Positions 38,647-46,351 of a DNA stretch of 64,000 nt are shown piece after piece. Each line of letters starts with the position of its first letter. Position 1 is the first letter of the stretch. The position numbers were made by a program, and so were the translations under genes. Below the pieces are notes generated by a model. The model was not told where the DNA came from, searched no databases, and was given only the letters and a program-made list of their open reading frames with translations. This DNA is from Syntrophaceae bacterium. GTDB lineage: Bacteria > Desulfobacterota > Syntrophia > Syntrophales > Smithellaceae. The stretch lies in contig PLMQ01000064.1 in assembly GCA_003142535.1 (NCBI GenBank), positions 56,354 through 120,353 on the forward strand, given 5' to 3'.

Positions 38647-39447
38647 ATGGGTGAAATTATTTTACAAATAAATAATATATCTGTTGTATATTCAGATGTT
38701 ATACAGGTATTAAAAGGCGTTTCTTTAAGTGTGGAAAAGGGACAGATAGTCTCTCTTTTAGGCAGCAACGGTGCGGGAAAGACAACTACCCTAAAAGCAA
38801 TATCCGGCCTGTTGAAACCGGAAAACGGTGCCGTAACTGATGGCTCGATTATTTACGAAGGTAAGAATATTCAGAACCAGGCACCGGAATACATTACTCG
38901 CCTGGGAATTATTCAAGTCCTCGAAGGACGTCAGCCCTTCAAATATTTGACGATTGAAGAAAATCTGCGTGTGGGCACGGCAACGAGAGCCGGTAAACCA
39001 TATAAAGATGATTTGGATCTCGTTTACAACTATTTTCCCGCACTGGTACAAAGAAGAAAATCTTTAGCCGGATATTGCAGCGGTGGTGAGCTGCAGATGC
39101 TGGTTATCGGCCGGGCTTTGATGGCGCATCCGCAACTTCTAATGCTTGATGAACCTTCGTTAGGTTTGGCGCCACTGGTTGTCAAGGAAATATTCCGTAT
39201 TATAAAAAAAATCAATGAAGAGCAGGGCGCCACGATTGTTCTGGTTGAGCAGAACGCCAATATGGCCCTGCAGGTCGCGCATTACGGCTATGTTATGGAA
39301 AACGGCAAAATAGTCATGGAAGGCACATCCAAAGAATTATCGGAAAATCCCGATGTCAAAGAATTTTACCTGGGTATTGCGGCTACAGGAATTGCCAAAT
39401 CGTATAAGGATGTAAAATCATATAGGCGACGTAAGCGTTGGCTGTAA
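38647..39447 (+). CDS. ABC transporter ATP-binding protein, LivF-like, with basic C-terminal tail
   Basis: GSNGAGKTT Walker A, SGGE signature, LMLDEP Walker B. Confidence 0.9.
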   Translation: MGEIILQINNISVVYSDVIQVLKGVSLSVEKGQIVSLLGSNGAGKTTTLKAISGLLKPENGAVTDGSIIYEGKNIQNQAPEYITRLGIIQVLEGRQPFKYLTIEENLRVGTATRAGKPYKDDLDLVYNYFPALVQRRKSLAGYCSGGELQMLVIGRALMAHPQLLMLDEPSLGLAPLVVKEIFRIIKKINEEQGATIVLVEQNANMALQVAHYGYVMENGKIVMEGTSKELSENPDVKEFYLGIAATGIAKSYKDVKSYRRRKRWL

Positions 39448-39467
39448 AAGAATTATAATTTAAAAAC

Positions 39468-39495
39468 TTGACAGTCGGTCTGAATTAAGTATTAT
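39468..39495 (+). promoter_or_regulatory. Near-consensus sigma70 promoter of the toxin-antitoxin cassette
   Basis: TTGACA (39468-39473), 16-nt spacer, TATTAT (39490-39495), then GGAGGT and ATG 39517. Confidence 0.55.
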
Positions 39496-39516
39496 ATATG
39501 GACCGGAGGTAGAAAA

Positions 39517-39798
39517 ATGAATTTTACAAACGATATAAAATCGGTAACATATTTAAAATCCAACGCGGCAGATTTACTCAATCAAATAAACGAAACTCAG
39601 CGAACTGTAATAATTACGCAAAATGGGGATGCGCGGGCGGTACTTCAAGATCCGATAAGCTATGAAAATATGCGTAATGCGATTGGCATCTTAAAATTGA
39701 TTTCGCAGGGTGAGGCTGATACTAGAGGCGGGAAAGTTAAAAGTCAGGATGATGTTTTTAACGACATTGAAGTTAAACTAAAAGAAAAACTTAGATGA
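39517..39798 (+). CDS. Type II antitoxin, Phd/YefM family
   Basis: 93-aa ORF with the N-terminal pattern LKSNAADLLNQINETQRTVIITQNGDARAVL typical of Phd/YefM. Overlaps the toxin gene by 4 nt. Confidence 0.8.
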   Translation: MNFTNDIKSVTYLKSNAADLLNQINETQRTVIITQNGDARAVLQDPISYENMRNAIGILKLISQGEADTRGGKVKSQDDVFNDIEVKLKEKLR

Positions 39799-40127
39799 AC
39801 AAAAAATATAAAATACTTTGGGCCGAGGTTGCTGAACATGACCTAACTGATATTATCGAATATATTGCAATTGACAGTCCGGCCAATGCCTTAAAGATAC
39901 TGCAAAAAATCAAAAAAACGGCATCAATTCTCTATAGTCTTCCCGAACGCGGCCGCGTCGTACCGGAACTTCAAGCTCAAGGCATCCTGATTTATAGAGA
40001 GCTAATAACCGCGCCCTGGAGAATAATATACAGAATTTCCGATAAGAATATTTATGTATTGTCAGTTTTAGATACAAGGCGAAATGTAGAGGATATCCTT
40101 TTGAATCGACTAGTATACAGTAGATAA
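39795..40127 (+). CDS. Type II toxin, RelE/ParE family
   Basis: 110-aa ORF with an A..DL..I..YI start, the PERGR..PEL motif and WRIIYRI...IYVLSVLDTRR, typical of ParE/RelE-fold toxins. Confidence 0.8.
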   Translation: MNKKYKILWAEVAEHDLTDIIEYIAIDSPANALKILQKIKKTASILYSLPERGRVVPELQAQGILIYRELITAPWRIIYRISDKNIYVLSVLDTRRNVEDILLNRLVYSR

Positions 40128-40132
40128 CATTT

Positions 40133-40246
40133 GCTAAATAATTGTCCGAAAATCCCGATGTCAAAGAATTTTATCTCGGTGTCACGGCCACGGGAATTGC
40201 CAAATCTTATAAAGATGTGAAGTCTTACAGACGACGCAAACGCTGA
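40133..40246 (+). pseudogene. Orphan diverged copy of the livF-like 3' end (last ~33 codons plus stop)
   Basis: Aligns without gaps to 39328-39447. It translates to SENPDVKEFYLGVTATGIAKSYKDVKSYRRRKR*, against SENPDVKEFYLGIAATGIAKSYKDVKSYRRRKRWL* in the intact gene. Confidence 0.8.
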
Positions 40247-40251
40247 CTTTG

Positions 40252-40320
40252 ATACCCATCCGCTTTCTGCGGATAACTTTGTTGGCAGCGTCGCGTTATC
40301 CTTTGAAATCGAATGGGTAT
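40252..40320 (+). other. Nested inverted-repeat structure downstream of the livF remnant
   Basis: Outer arms ATACCCAT / ATGGGTAT. Inner alternative hairpins ATCCGC-tttct-GCGGAT and GGATAAC-N17-GTTATCC. Confidence 0.5.
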
Positions 40321-40459
40321 AATAAACCTCAGACACAATCTCATTAATATTGATCTTAATATACAAATTTATATTCTAATTTGTTTTTTAATATAGTATA
40401 TTTTATTATAACATTAAGTTTGTAAATTCCATGTTCTGTGGTTTTCCGGAGATGTAATA

Positions 40460-40942
40460 ATGGTTCTTGTCAAGACAATAATTTTTACAATCATTGTTCC
40501 AGGAGTAATAATTGTTTTTATACCTTATGAGATACTAACATCATCATCTGCTCCAACACCAATGCAGTTTGGTATTCTTCAGTATTATAGCGCGAGCCCT
40601 ATCCTGCTTGGTGCGACAGTTTATTTTTGGTGTGCTTGGGATTTTACATTTACCGGCAGAGGGACACCTGCTCTGATTGCAGGCCCCAAAGAACTTGTAG
40701 TGCGGGGACTCTATCGGTATGTCAGAAACCCAATGTATATCGGTTTTCTATCAATCCTATTGGGTGAAGCACTATTATTTGAATCGCTGAAATTACTTGG
40801 ATATACAGCTGTAATGTTTAGCTTCTTCTATTTCTTAGTTGTTTTTCTCGAAGAGCCAATTTTAAAAGACAAGTTTGGTGAGTCTTATGAGAAATATTGT
40901 CAGTCTGTAGCGCGCTGGCTTCCTTTAAAAATCAAACGATAA
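40460..40942 (+). CDS. Isoprenylcysteine carboxyl methyltransferase (ICMT)/phospholipid methyltransferase family membrane protein
   Basis: 160-aa polytopic ORF with the RGLYRYVRNPMYIGF...GEAL motif of the ICMT/PEMT family. Confidence 0.65.
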   Translation: MVLVKTIIFTIIVPGVIIVFIPYEILTSSSAPTPMQFGILQYYSASPILLGATVYFWCAWDFTFTGRGTPALIAGPKELVVRGLYRYVRNPMYIGFLSILLGEALLFESLKLLGYTAVMFSFFYFLVVFLEEPILKDKFGESYEKYCQSVARWLPLKIKR

Positions 40943-41014
40943 AAGGCAGAATTCGGTCACCGAAAGTTATTTTGAGGATATTAACCGATTATTATTTAAC
41001 TAGGAAGGACATGT

Positions 41015-42268
41015 ATGAATCGCACATTTGATAAAAAAGAATCGTGGACGAATAAGAAAAGAAAAGAAGCACAAGATGAGCTTTTATCCAGCATGGTGAA
41101 GCTTGGTTATAAAAAATCAGCAACAATAAAAAAAATATTCTATAAGCATAAAATCGATCCGCGGCAAATTAAATCCCGGGAAGATTTGGAAACATTGCCG
41201 GTTACCTCCCGCGAAAAACTGGTGGAAATGGAAATGCAGGAACCACCTTACGCCGGACTGGAAAATCCCGATACGAAGATTGACCGGATATTCACATCAC
41301 CGGGTCCTGTGTATGAGCCGCATCTTTCGGAAAATGATTATCTATGGGCACGAGCATTTCATGCTGCTGGCATCGGTTCTGACGATATCGCTCTTAACGC
41401 GTTTTCTTATCATCTGGTAGCGGCAGGATTGACTTTTCACACTGGTCTGCGCAAACTCGGAGCTACTGTTGTTCCTTCGGGAACATCCTCCACACAAATT
41501 CAGGTGCAGTTAATCAAAGATTTAAAAGTAACCTCCTATGTCGGCACACCAAGCTTTCTGATGAATATTATTAAAAAAGCGGAGGAAATAGGTTTTGACT
41601 TCCGCAAGGATTTCCGGGTGAAAAGGGCCTGCTTTGCCGCCGAACCGTTGTTTCCGGCAATGCGCCTATCTTTTGAAAAGGATTACGGCATTGATACTTA
41701 TCAAATGTACGGCGCGACTGAAGTTGGCGATGTCGCTTACGAGTGCTCCGCAAAAAATGGCTGGCATATCTGCGAAGAAACAATTGTAGAAATTGTTGAT
41801 CCGGCAACCGGCAAAAATCTTCAGCCCGGCCAATTGGGTGAAATTGTCGTTACCAGACTCAATGATATTTTCTTTTTGTTCCGTTTCGGCACCGGCGATT
41901 TATCACGTCTGATTACGGAAAAGTGTTCCTGCGGACGCACATCATACCGATTGGCTGGAATTGCGGGCAGGGTAGGTGATGCCGCCAAAGTACGGGGAAT
42001 GTTTTTGGCACCCAGCCAGTTGAAGATGGTTCAAGCGAAGTTCGATAACCTGCCACTGCAGGCAGTGGTAAGTCGGGAAGGGCATCTGGATAAACTGACA
42101 CTGCGCATTGAAAAGAATAAACAGGATACAGGCGATTCTTCATGGGAAGAAAACTTTAAGGACATTTTTAAAGAAATCTGTACGGTAAAAATAGATCAGG
42201 TGGAATATGTTGCAGCAGGTACAATCAAACCGGAGGAGAAGGTGATTGTTGATCTGCGGAAGTGGTAA
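41015..42268 (+). CDS. Phenylacetate-CoA ligase (PaaK)/F390-synthetase-like adenylate-forming enzyme, atypical P-loop region
   Basis: 417-aa ORF with PaaK-like architecture (YGATE, GTGD, C-terminal small domain). FTSPGPVYEP stands where PaaK carries SSGTTGKP. Confidence 0.6.
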   Translation: MNRTFDKKESWTNKKRKEAQDELLSSMVKLGYKKSATIKKIFYKHKIDPRQIKSREDLETLPVTSREKLVEMEMQEPPYAGLENPDTKIDRIFTSPGPVYEPHLSENDYLWARAFHAAGIGSDDIALNAFSYHLVAAGLTFHTGLRKLGATVVPSGTSSTQIQVQLIKDLKVTSYVGTPSFLMNIIKKAEEIGFDFRKDFRVKRACFAAEPLFPAMRLSFEKDYGIDTYQMYGATEVGDVAYECSAKNGWHICEETIVEIVDPATGKNLQPGQLGEIVVTRLNDIFFLFRFGTGDLSRLITEKCSCGRTSYRLAGIAGRVGDAAKVRGMFLAPSQLKMVQAKFDNLPLQAVVSREGHLDKLTLRIEKNKQDTGDSSWEENFKDIFKEICTVKIDQVEYVAAGTIKPEEKVIVDLRKW

Positions 42269-42349
42269 CCACCAAACCATCTTCATGCGGCTACCTTTGT
42301 TAGTAGAGCCTGCTCCAAGGGAATGAGACTTTGTCGCATTACCATTTTT

Positions 42350-42427
42350 GTCATTCCATGCAAGCAAAGCGCGACACGGAATCCAGTAAAGTTATTATAT
42401 CTGGATACCGGCTTTCGCCGGTATGAC
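42350..42427 (+). repeat. Type-2 palindromic repeat (GTCATTCC...GGAATCCAG ... CTGGATACCGGC-loop-GCCGGTATGAC)
   Basis: The motif is shared with 63746-63863. Perfect hairpin ATACCGGC-tttc-GCCGGTAT. Confidence 0.75.
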
Positions 42428-42447
42428 TGCTTTGATCTCGCTTTCTT

Positions 42448-42825
42448 CTATTCCGACACCGTATCGCCTACATGTGTCGTCAGCATCTGCATCTGTTTCT
42501 TCCCCAGCAAATAAGCATCGAATATTGAATATATCCACAGGCCGATAATAATAAGCGTAATGAAGGAAATAGTTGTTGAATCCATAGTTTTTAACGAATC
42601 ATTTGTTAATTTGAGGACAGTGTTTATATCGACTGAACCTTTTTGCGGAGGTGCCGCCTTTATAGTACTAATGGCAACTTGAATTAATGACCAGCAAATA
42701 TAGATAATACCAGCCAGCACAGGCAGAATAATAGCAATCCCGCGTTTATATCTTTTTAAGTAAATCTGTCCCCAGCCGGGAAAGAGAATGGCGCTGAATA
42801 TTGCTGCTTTTACTGCCACATTCAT
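42448..42825 (-). CDS. Small membrane protein, unknown function
   Basis: 125-aa ORF with two to three hydrophobic helices and an N-terminal FPGWGQIYLKRYKRG motif. No confident family. Confidence 0.45.
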   Translation of the reverse strand: MNVAVKAAIFSAILFPGWGQIYLKRYKRGIAIILPVLAGIIYICWSLIQVAISTIKAAPPQKGSVDINTVLKLTNDSLKTMDSTTISFITLIIIGLWIYSIFDAYLLGKKQMQMLTTHVGDTVSE

Positions 42826-42853
42826 TTTTTGCCCTCCCTGTAATAGCCAAAGA

Positions 42854-44593
42854 TTAAGAAAGAATTATAACATCTTTCATTTTTAATTGAATATCGGAAG
42901 TTCCATTCCAGTAATTAATTTGCGGCGTAAAGGCAACATCAAGATTAGCACCAGCCAGTGAAGGGAGATAACTGCCCATGGCAAACCAGATAGAATCGCA
43001 AGCCGCACCATTAGAGGTAAGGCGCATTTTTAAATGGTTCCTGCCGACAATAGAAGGTGAATTAACTTTTATATTACGCGCACAAAGTACCGGCTCGGGA
43101 TTTTTACTGCCAAAAGGCGCCAGCATCTTCATTTGATTGATCAAATTCAGATTAACGTCTTCCAAGCTACATTCTGCATCAATTAATGTTGAAGAAACGA
43201 GCTCTGGCGATTGAGCGCTATTTCGGATTATTTCATCCAACAGACAGGCAAACTCATCAATGTCATCTTCCTTAATGGAAATACCTGCGGCACGACAATG
43301 TCCGCCATAGGAAAGCAACAATGAAGCGCATTGCTGAAGCCCCTTATAAATATTAAAATCGGAAACACTTCTGCCGGAACCTTTGCCGACGCCGTTATTC
43401 AAACTGATGACAAACGCCGGGCGGCAAAAAAGATCAACCAGCCGGGAGGCGACAATTCCGACAACTCCCGGATGCCATTTATCCGATGCGAATACCAGGG
43501 ATTTCATTTTCTCTATATCCGGGATATTTCCTATTTTTTCGAGAATTTCGTTTAATATGATTTTTTCCATTGATTGACGGCGGCGGTTATGGACATCGAG
43601 CTTTTCTGCATACATCCGGGCTTCTGTCATATCATCCGTCAAAAGCAATGCTACGGCATCCAGAGGTGATGCAATGCGTCCTGCAGCATTTATGCGCGGA
43701 ATAAGGCAGAAAGAAGCTTTAAAGGAATCGATAACCTGGTTGTCAATGCCGCTCACTTCTTTAAGCGCTTTGATCCCCGGACGTTTTCCCTCTGTGATAA
43801 GTTCCAGACCGATCCGGGCAAATATCCTGTTTTCATCAACAAGAGGCGCAATGTCGCCGATTGTTCCCAAAGCCACAATGTCTAGATATTCTCTTAAATT
43901 AGGATAATTATCATTTTTCCAGAAACCATCTTTACGCAGGCTCCCGCGCAGTGCTATCAGGAAATTATAGGCAATACCGACACCGGCTAAATCTTTAAAA
44001 GGGAATTCACAATCTTTCCGGTTGGGGTTAATATTAGCCACAGCCTCGGGCAAAGGCCCTGATATTTCATGATGGTCCAGTACAATTGTATCTATCCCGC
44101 AGGAGAGGGCATAGGCAATTTGTTCATTATCGGAAATACCGCAATCAACGGTAATGATCAACCGGACATTATTGCTCTTGAATTTATCAATGGCTGGATT
44201 ATGTAAACCATAACCTTCTTGCACTCGATCAGGAATGTAATATGTTACATTCGGAGTTATCTCCCGCAGAAATTTGTAAAGGATAGTTACGGAAGTAATT
44301 CCATCAGCATCATAATCACCGTATATTACAATTTCTTCGTGTTCGGAAATTGCCTGAAGAACGCGCTCAATGCCTTTCTTCATGTCCTTCATAAGAAACG
44401 GACTATGCAAGTCGTTGAGAGAAGGATTGAGATAACGACGAGCATCATCCATGTCTTTAATTTCCCGGCCGGCAAGAATTTGCGATATAATAGGATGGAG
44501 CGCAAACTCCTTGCTTAATGCATTTTCTATATCTTTATCGCCGGTGTCTTTTATTTTCCATTGCGTTGCCGGCAGTGTTTTAACAGTTGTCAT
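42854..44593 (-). CDS. recJ: Single-stranded-DNA-specific exonuclease RecJ
   Basis: DHH motifs (YGDYDADGITS, DCG, DHH) and DHHA1 (GGH..AAG). Confidence 0.93.
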   Translation of the reverse strand: MTTVKTLPATQWKIKDTGDKDIENALSKEFALHPIISQILAGREIKDMDDARRYLNPSLNDLHSPFLMKDMKKGIERVLQAISEHEEIVIYGDYDADGITSVTILYKFLREITPNVTYYIPDRVQEGYGLHNPAIDKFKSNNVRLIITVDCGISDNEQIAYALSCGIDTIVLDHHEISGPLPEAVANINPNRKDCEFPFKDLAGVGIAYNFLIALRGSLRKDGFWKNDNYPNLREYLDIVALGTIGDIAPLVDENRIFARIGLELITEGKRPGIKALKEVSGIDNQVIDSFKASFCLIPRINAAGRIASPLDAVALLLTDDMTEARMYAEKLDVHNRRRQSMEKIILNEILEKIGNIPDIEKMKSLVFASDKWHPGVVGIVASRLVDLFCRPAFVISLNNGVGKGSGRSVSDFNIYKGLQQCASLLLSYGGHCRAAGISIKEDDIDEFACLLDEIIRNSAQSPELVSSTLIDAECSLEDVNLNLINQMKMLAPFGSKNPEPVLCARNIKVNSPSIVGRNHLKMRLTSNGAACDSIWFAMGSYLPSLAGANLDVAFTPQINYWNGTSDIQLKMKDVIILS

Positions 44594-44796
44594 TGTTATG
44601 TCTTTTAATTTTTCGTATATTTATTTTCATTGCAGCGGAGCAGGAAATAATAAAAAAAGATAATAATATCAATATATTTCTAGCTATGCACATCGAACAC
44701 TCCTAATATTTATTTATCATACATTGTTTATCCGGTTACGTCAATTAACCATTGTTTCTTGATCTTTAAAAAGAACAATGTTAAACGTAAACCATA

Positions 44797-45024
44797 ATGA
44801 TGATACAGAAACGCTTCCAATTAAAGAGAAAAAATATTGCTATAGTTCAGTTTATCATCGAGGCATATGAAGGTATGGCTACAGTTTCAACTATAGATCC
44901 AAGGCTCGCAATAATTCAGATTTCTATTATGAAAAATTTTGTTTCGCCGATGGAAAATGTCATTGAATATCTGAAAAACAGATATGAACTGGAAGAAATA
45001 GTTAAATACCCGCTTAATCAGTGA
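44797..45024 (+). CDS. Small DUF4911-like protein
   Basis: 75-aa ORF. The pattern IAIVQFIIEAYEGMATVSTIDP...IIQISI resembles my recollection of DUF4911. Confidence 0.45.
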   Translation: MMIQKRFQLKRKNIAIVQFIIEAYEGMATVSTIDPRLAIIQISIMKNFVSPMENVIEYLKNRYELEEIVKYPLNQ

Positions 45025-45057
45025 GTAGACCATAAACAATGATATAGGTTTCTTCTC

Positions 45058-45852
45058 ATGCTTATGCTCACCCATACATATCTTTTACAGCGTATTTTGG
45101 GTGAAAGAGTTTTTAATAGTAATGATTTAGATGCTTATGTTTATAATATTGTCCCGGATTTACTGACAATTCACCCCGATATCACCTCTCAACAAACCCA
45201 TAAAATTGAAAGATTAATGCATGTACCCGAAAGCTATCCCAAAGCAGCTTATATAATGTTTCATTTGCTTATTGATGATCTTTCGCATTATGGATCGATG
45301 TGTCCCGGCACTGTCGATGAATTCAATCCTGATTCACAGGGATATTCCTACATCCGGGGCAAACCCTTAATTCATTCTCTTTTAAGTTTACACAGGTCAA
45401 TAAATAACGAAATTTCTTACAATGAGGCAGCTTACCGTTCACACTTAATCATCGAGATGATATATGATCTTGTTATTGCAGATCATATAAATGTTGAAAA
45501 AACTATTGAAATCCTGGTTGAGGCTATAAATTTCACAGCAAATAAAAAGATTGATGAATTGGTATCAATAACAAATTGGATTTATAACTTTGGCGAAAAT
45601 GAAATAAGAGAAGTAATAGAAAAATCTTCCCGTTTCCTAACTATTGATCGCATGCAGAAAATAATGAATATGGAAGGACGAATTCGTCTTTACGCAGACA
45701 AATTCGGCCTGAAAAGCAATGATCCGCTAATTGCCGATGGCTTGAGAAAATTATTTCTTCAAGCCACAGATTTGGTTGATGATAACGAAGTTTTTCTGAC
45801 AGAAGCTGAAAAATCCATAAAAAAATATGGCTGGCTCCCTCCGGTTATGTAG
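45058..45852 (+). CDS. Hypothetical protein (264 aa), His/Asp-rich N-terminal half
   Basis: Long ORF with normal codon texture. No motif I can assign. Confidence 0.4.
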   Translation: MLMLTHTYLLQRILGERVFNSNDLDAYVYNIVPDLLTIHPDITSQQTHKIERLMHVPESYPKAAYIMFHLLIDDLSHYGSMCPGTVDEFNPDSQGYSYIRGKPLIHSLLSLHRSINNEISYNEAAYRSHLIIEMIYDLVIADHINVEKTIEILVEAINFTANKKIDELVSITNWIYNFGENEIREVIEKSSRFLTIDRMQKIMNMEGRIRLYADKFGLKSNDPLIADGLRKLFLQATDLVDDNEVFLTEAEKSIKKYGWLPPVM

Positions 45853-46042
45853 CTTTTTTAACAAAACCGGAACGAATGCAACGCGTACAAACTTTTACTC
45901 TCTTTACCGATCCCGACTTTTCATCAACACAACGTAACCGCTGTAAATTGGGATACCATACAGTCTTCGTCTTATTATTAGCATGGCTGACGCTATTGCC
46001 GACTGACGGCTTTTTACCACAGACTTCACAAATACGAGACAT
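45845..46042 (-). CDS. rpmB: 50S ribosomal protein L28
   Basis: [26 protein letters not shown] is the classic L28 N-terminus. GAGGAGGG RBS. Confidence 0.93.
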   Translation of the reverse strand: MSRICEVCGKKPSVGNSVSHANNKTKTVWYPNLQRLRCVDEKSGSVKRVKVCTRCIRSGFVKKAT

Positions 46043-46070
46043 GAAAAACCCTCCTCAAAAATGTGGGTCG

Positions 46071-46099
46071 TTACTAAACCATAAGACATTATTTTGCAA
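46071..46099 (-). promoter_or_regulatory. Possible rpmB promoter
   Basis: On the minus strand: TTGCAA (46099-46094), 17-nt spacer, TAGTAA (46076-46071). Confidence 0.3.
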
Positions 46100-46101
46100 G
46101 C

Positions 46102-46350
46102 ATTATTTTATAGTGAAACTCAATTTTTAAGAGCGTAGTGAATTAAAAAATTGTTAGTTGAACTATCCCGTGAGCGTAGCGAAACGGGAATTGTGGCACA
46201 ATATAATGAAAAAGCAGCGCGTAACCTAAAGGTCACAAGCTAAAGTTTGATGAGCGAATTATCCCGCGTAAGCGGCGGTAATGAGACTCCAATTTCAAAA
46301 ACGAAGTGCATTGAAATTGGCTAGTCGAACTATGCCGCGAAGCGGTGATT
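46102..46350 (+). repeat. Type-1 modular hairpin repeat, copy D (long composite form, pfk/rpmB intergenic)
   Basis: Starts ATTATTTTATAGTGAAACTCAATTTTTAAGAGCGTAGTG, a degenerate form of the 5' core. It contains three GAAYTATSCCG hairpin units, a TAACCTAAAGGTCACA block shared with copy A, and a CCAATTTCAA/TTGAAATTGG hairpin. It ends one base short of the pfk stop codon. Confidence 0.75.
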
Positions 46351-46351
46351 C

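Noticed and set aside
40271-40301. Integron attC-like site next to the TA cassette (GGATAAC ... GTTATCC).
   Set aside because: The arms do not fit the RYYYAAC / GTTRRRY core consensus. No second attC, attI or intI is visible.
42323-42514. 63-aa ORF here and the 62-aa ORF at 63739-63927, translating to VIPCKQSATRNP..LDTGFRRYD and CHSGLD..WIPACAGMT.
   Set aside because: Both are translations of the type-2 palindromic repeat. Their similarity comes from the DNA repeat, not from a protein family.
46102-46350. Possible degenerate CRISPR array, because of several similar ~35-45-nt units.
   Set aside because: The units are irregularly spaced, heterogeneous in sequence and individually palindromic. 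They are shared with dispersed copies elsewhere, and there are no cas genes in the window.
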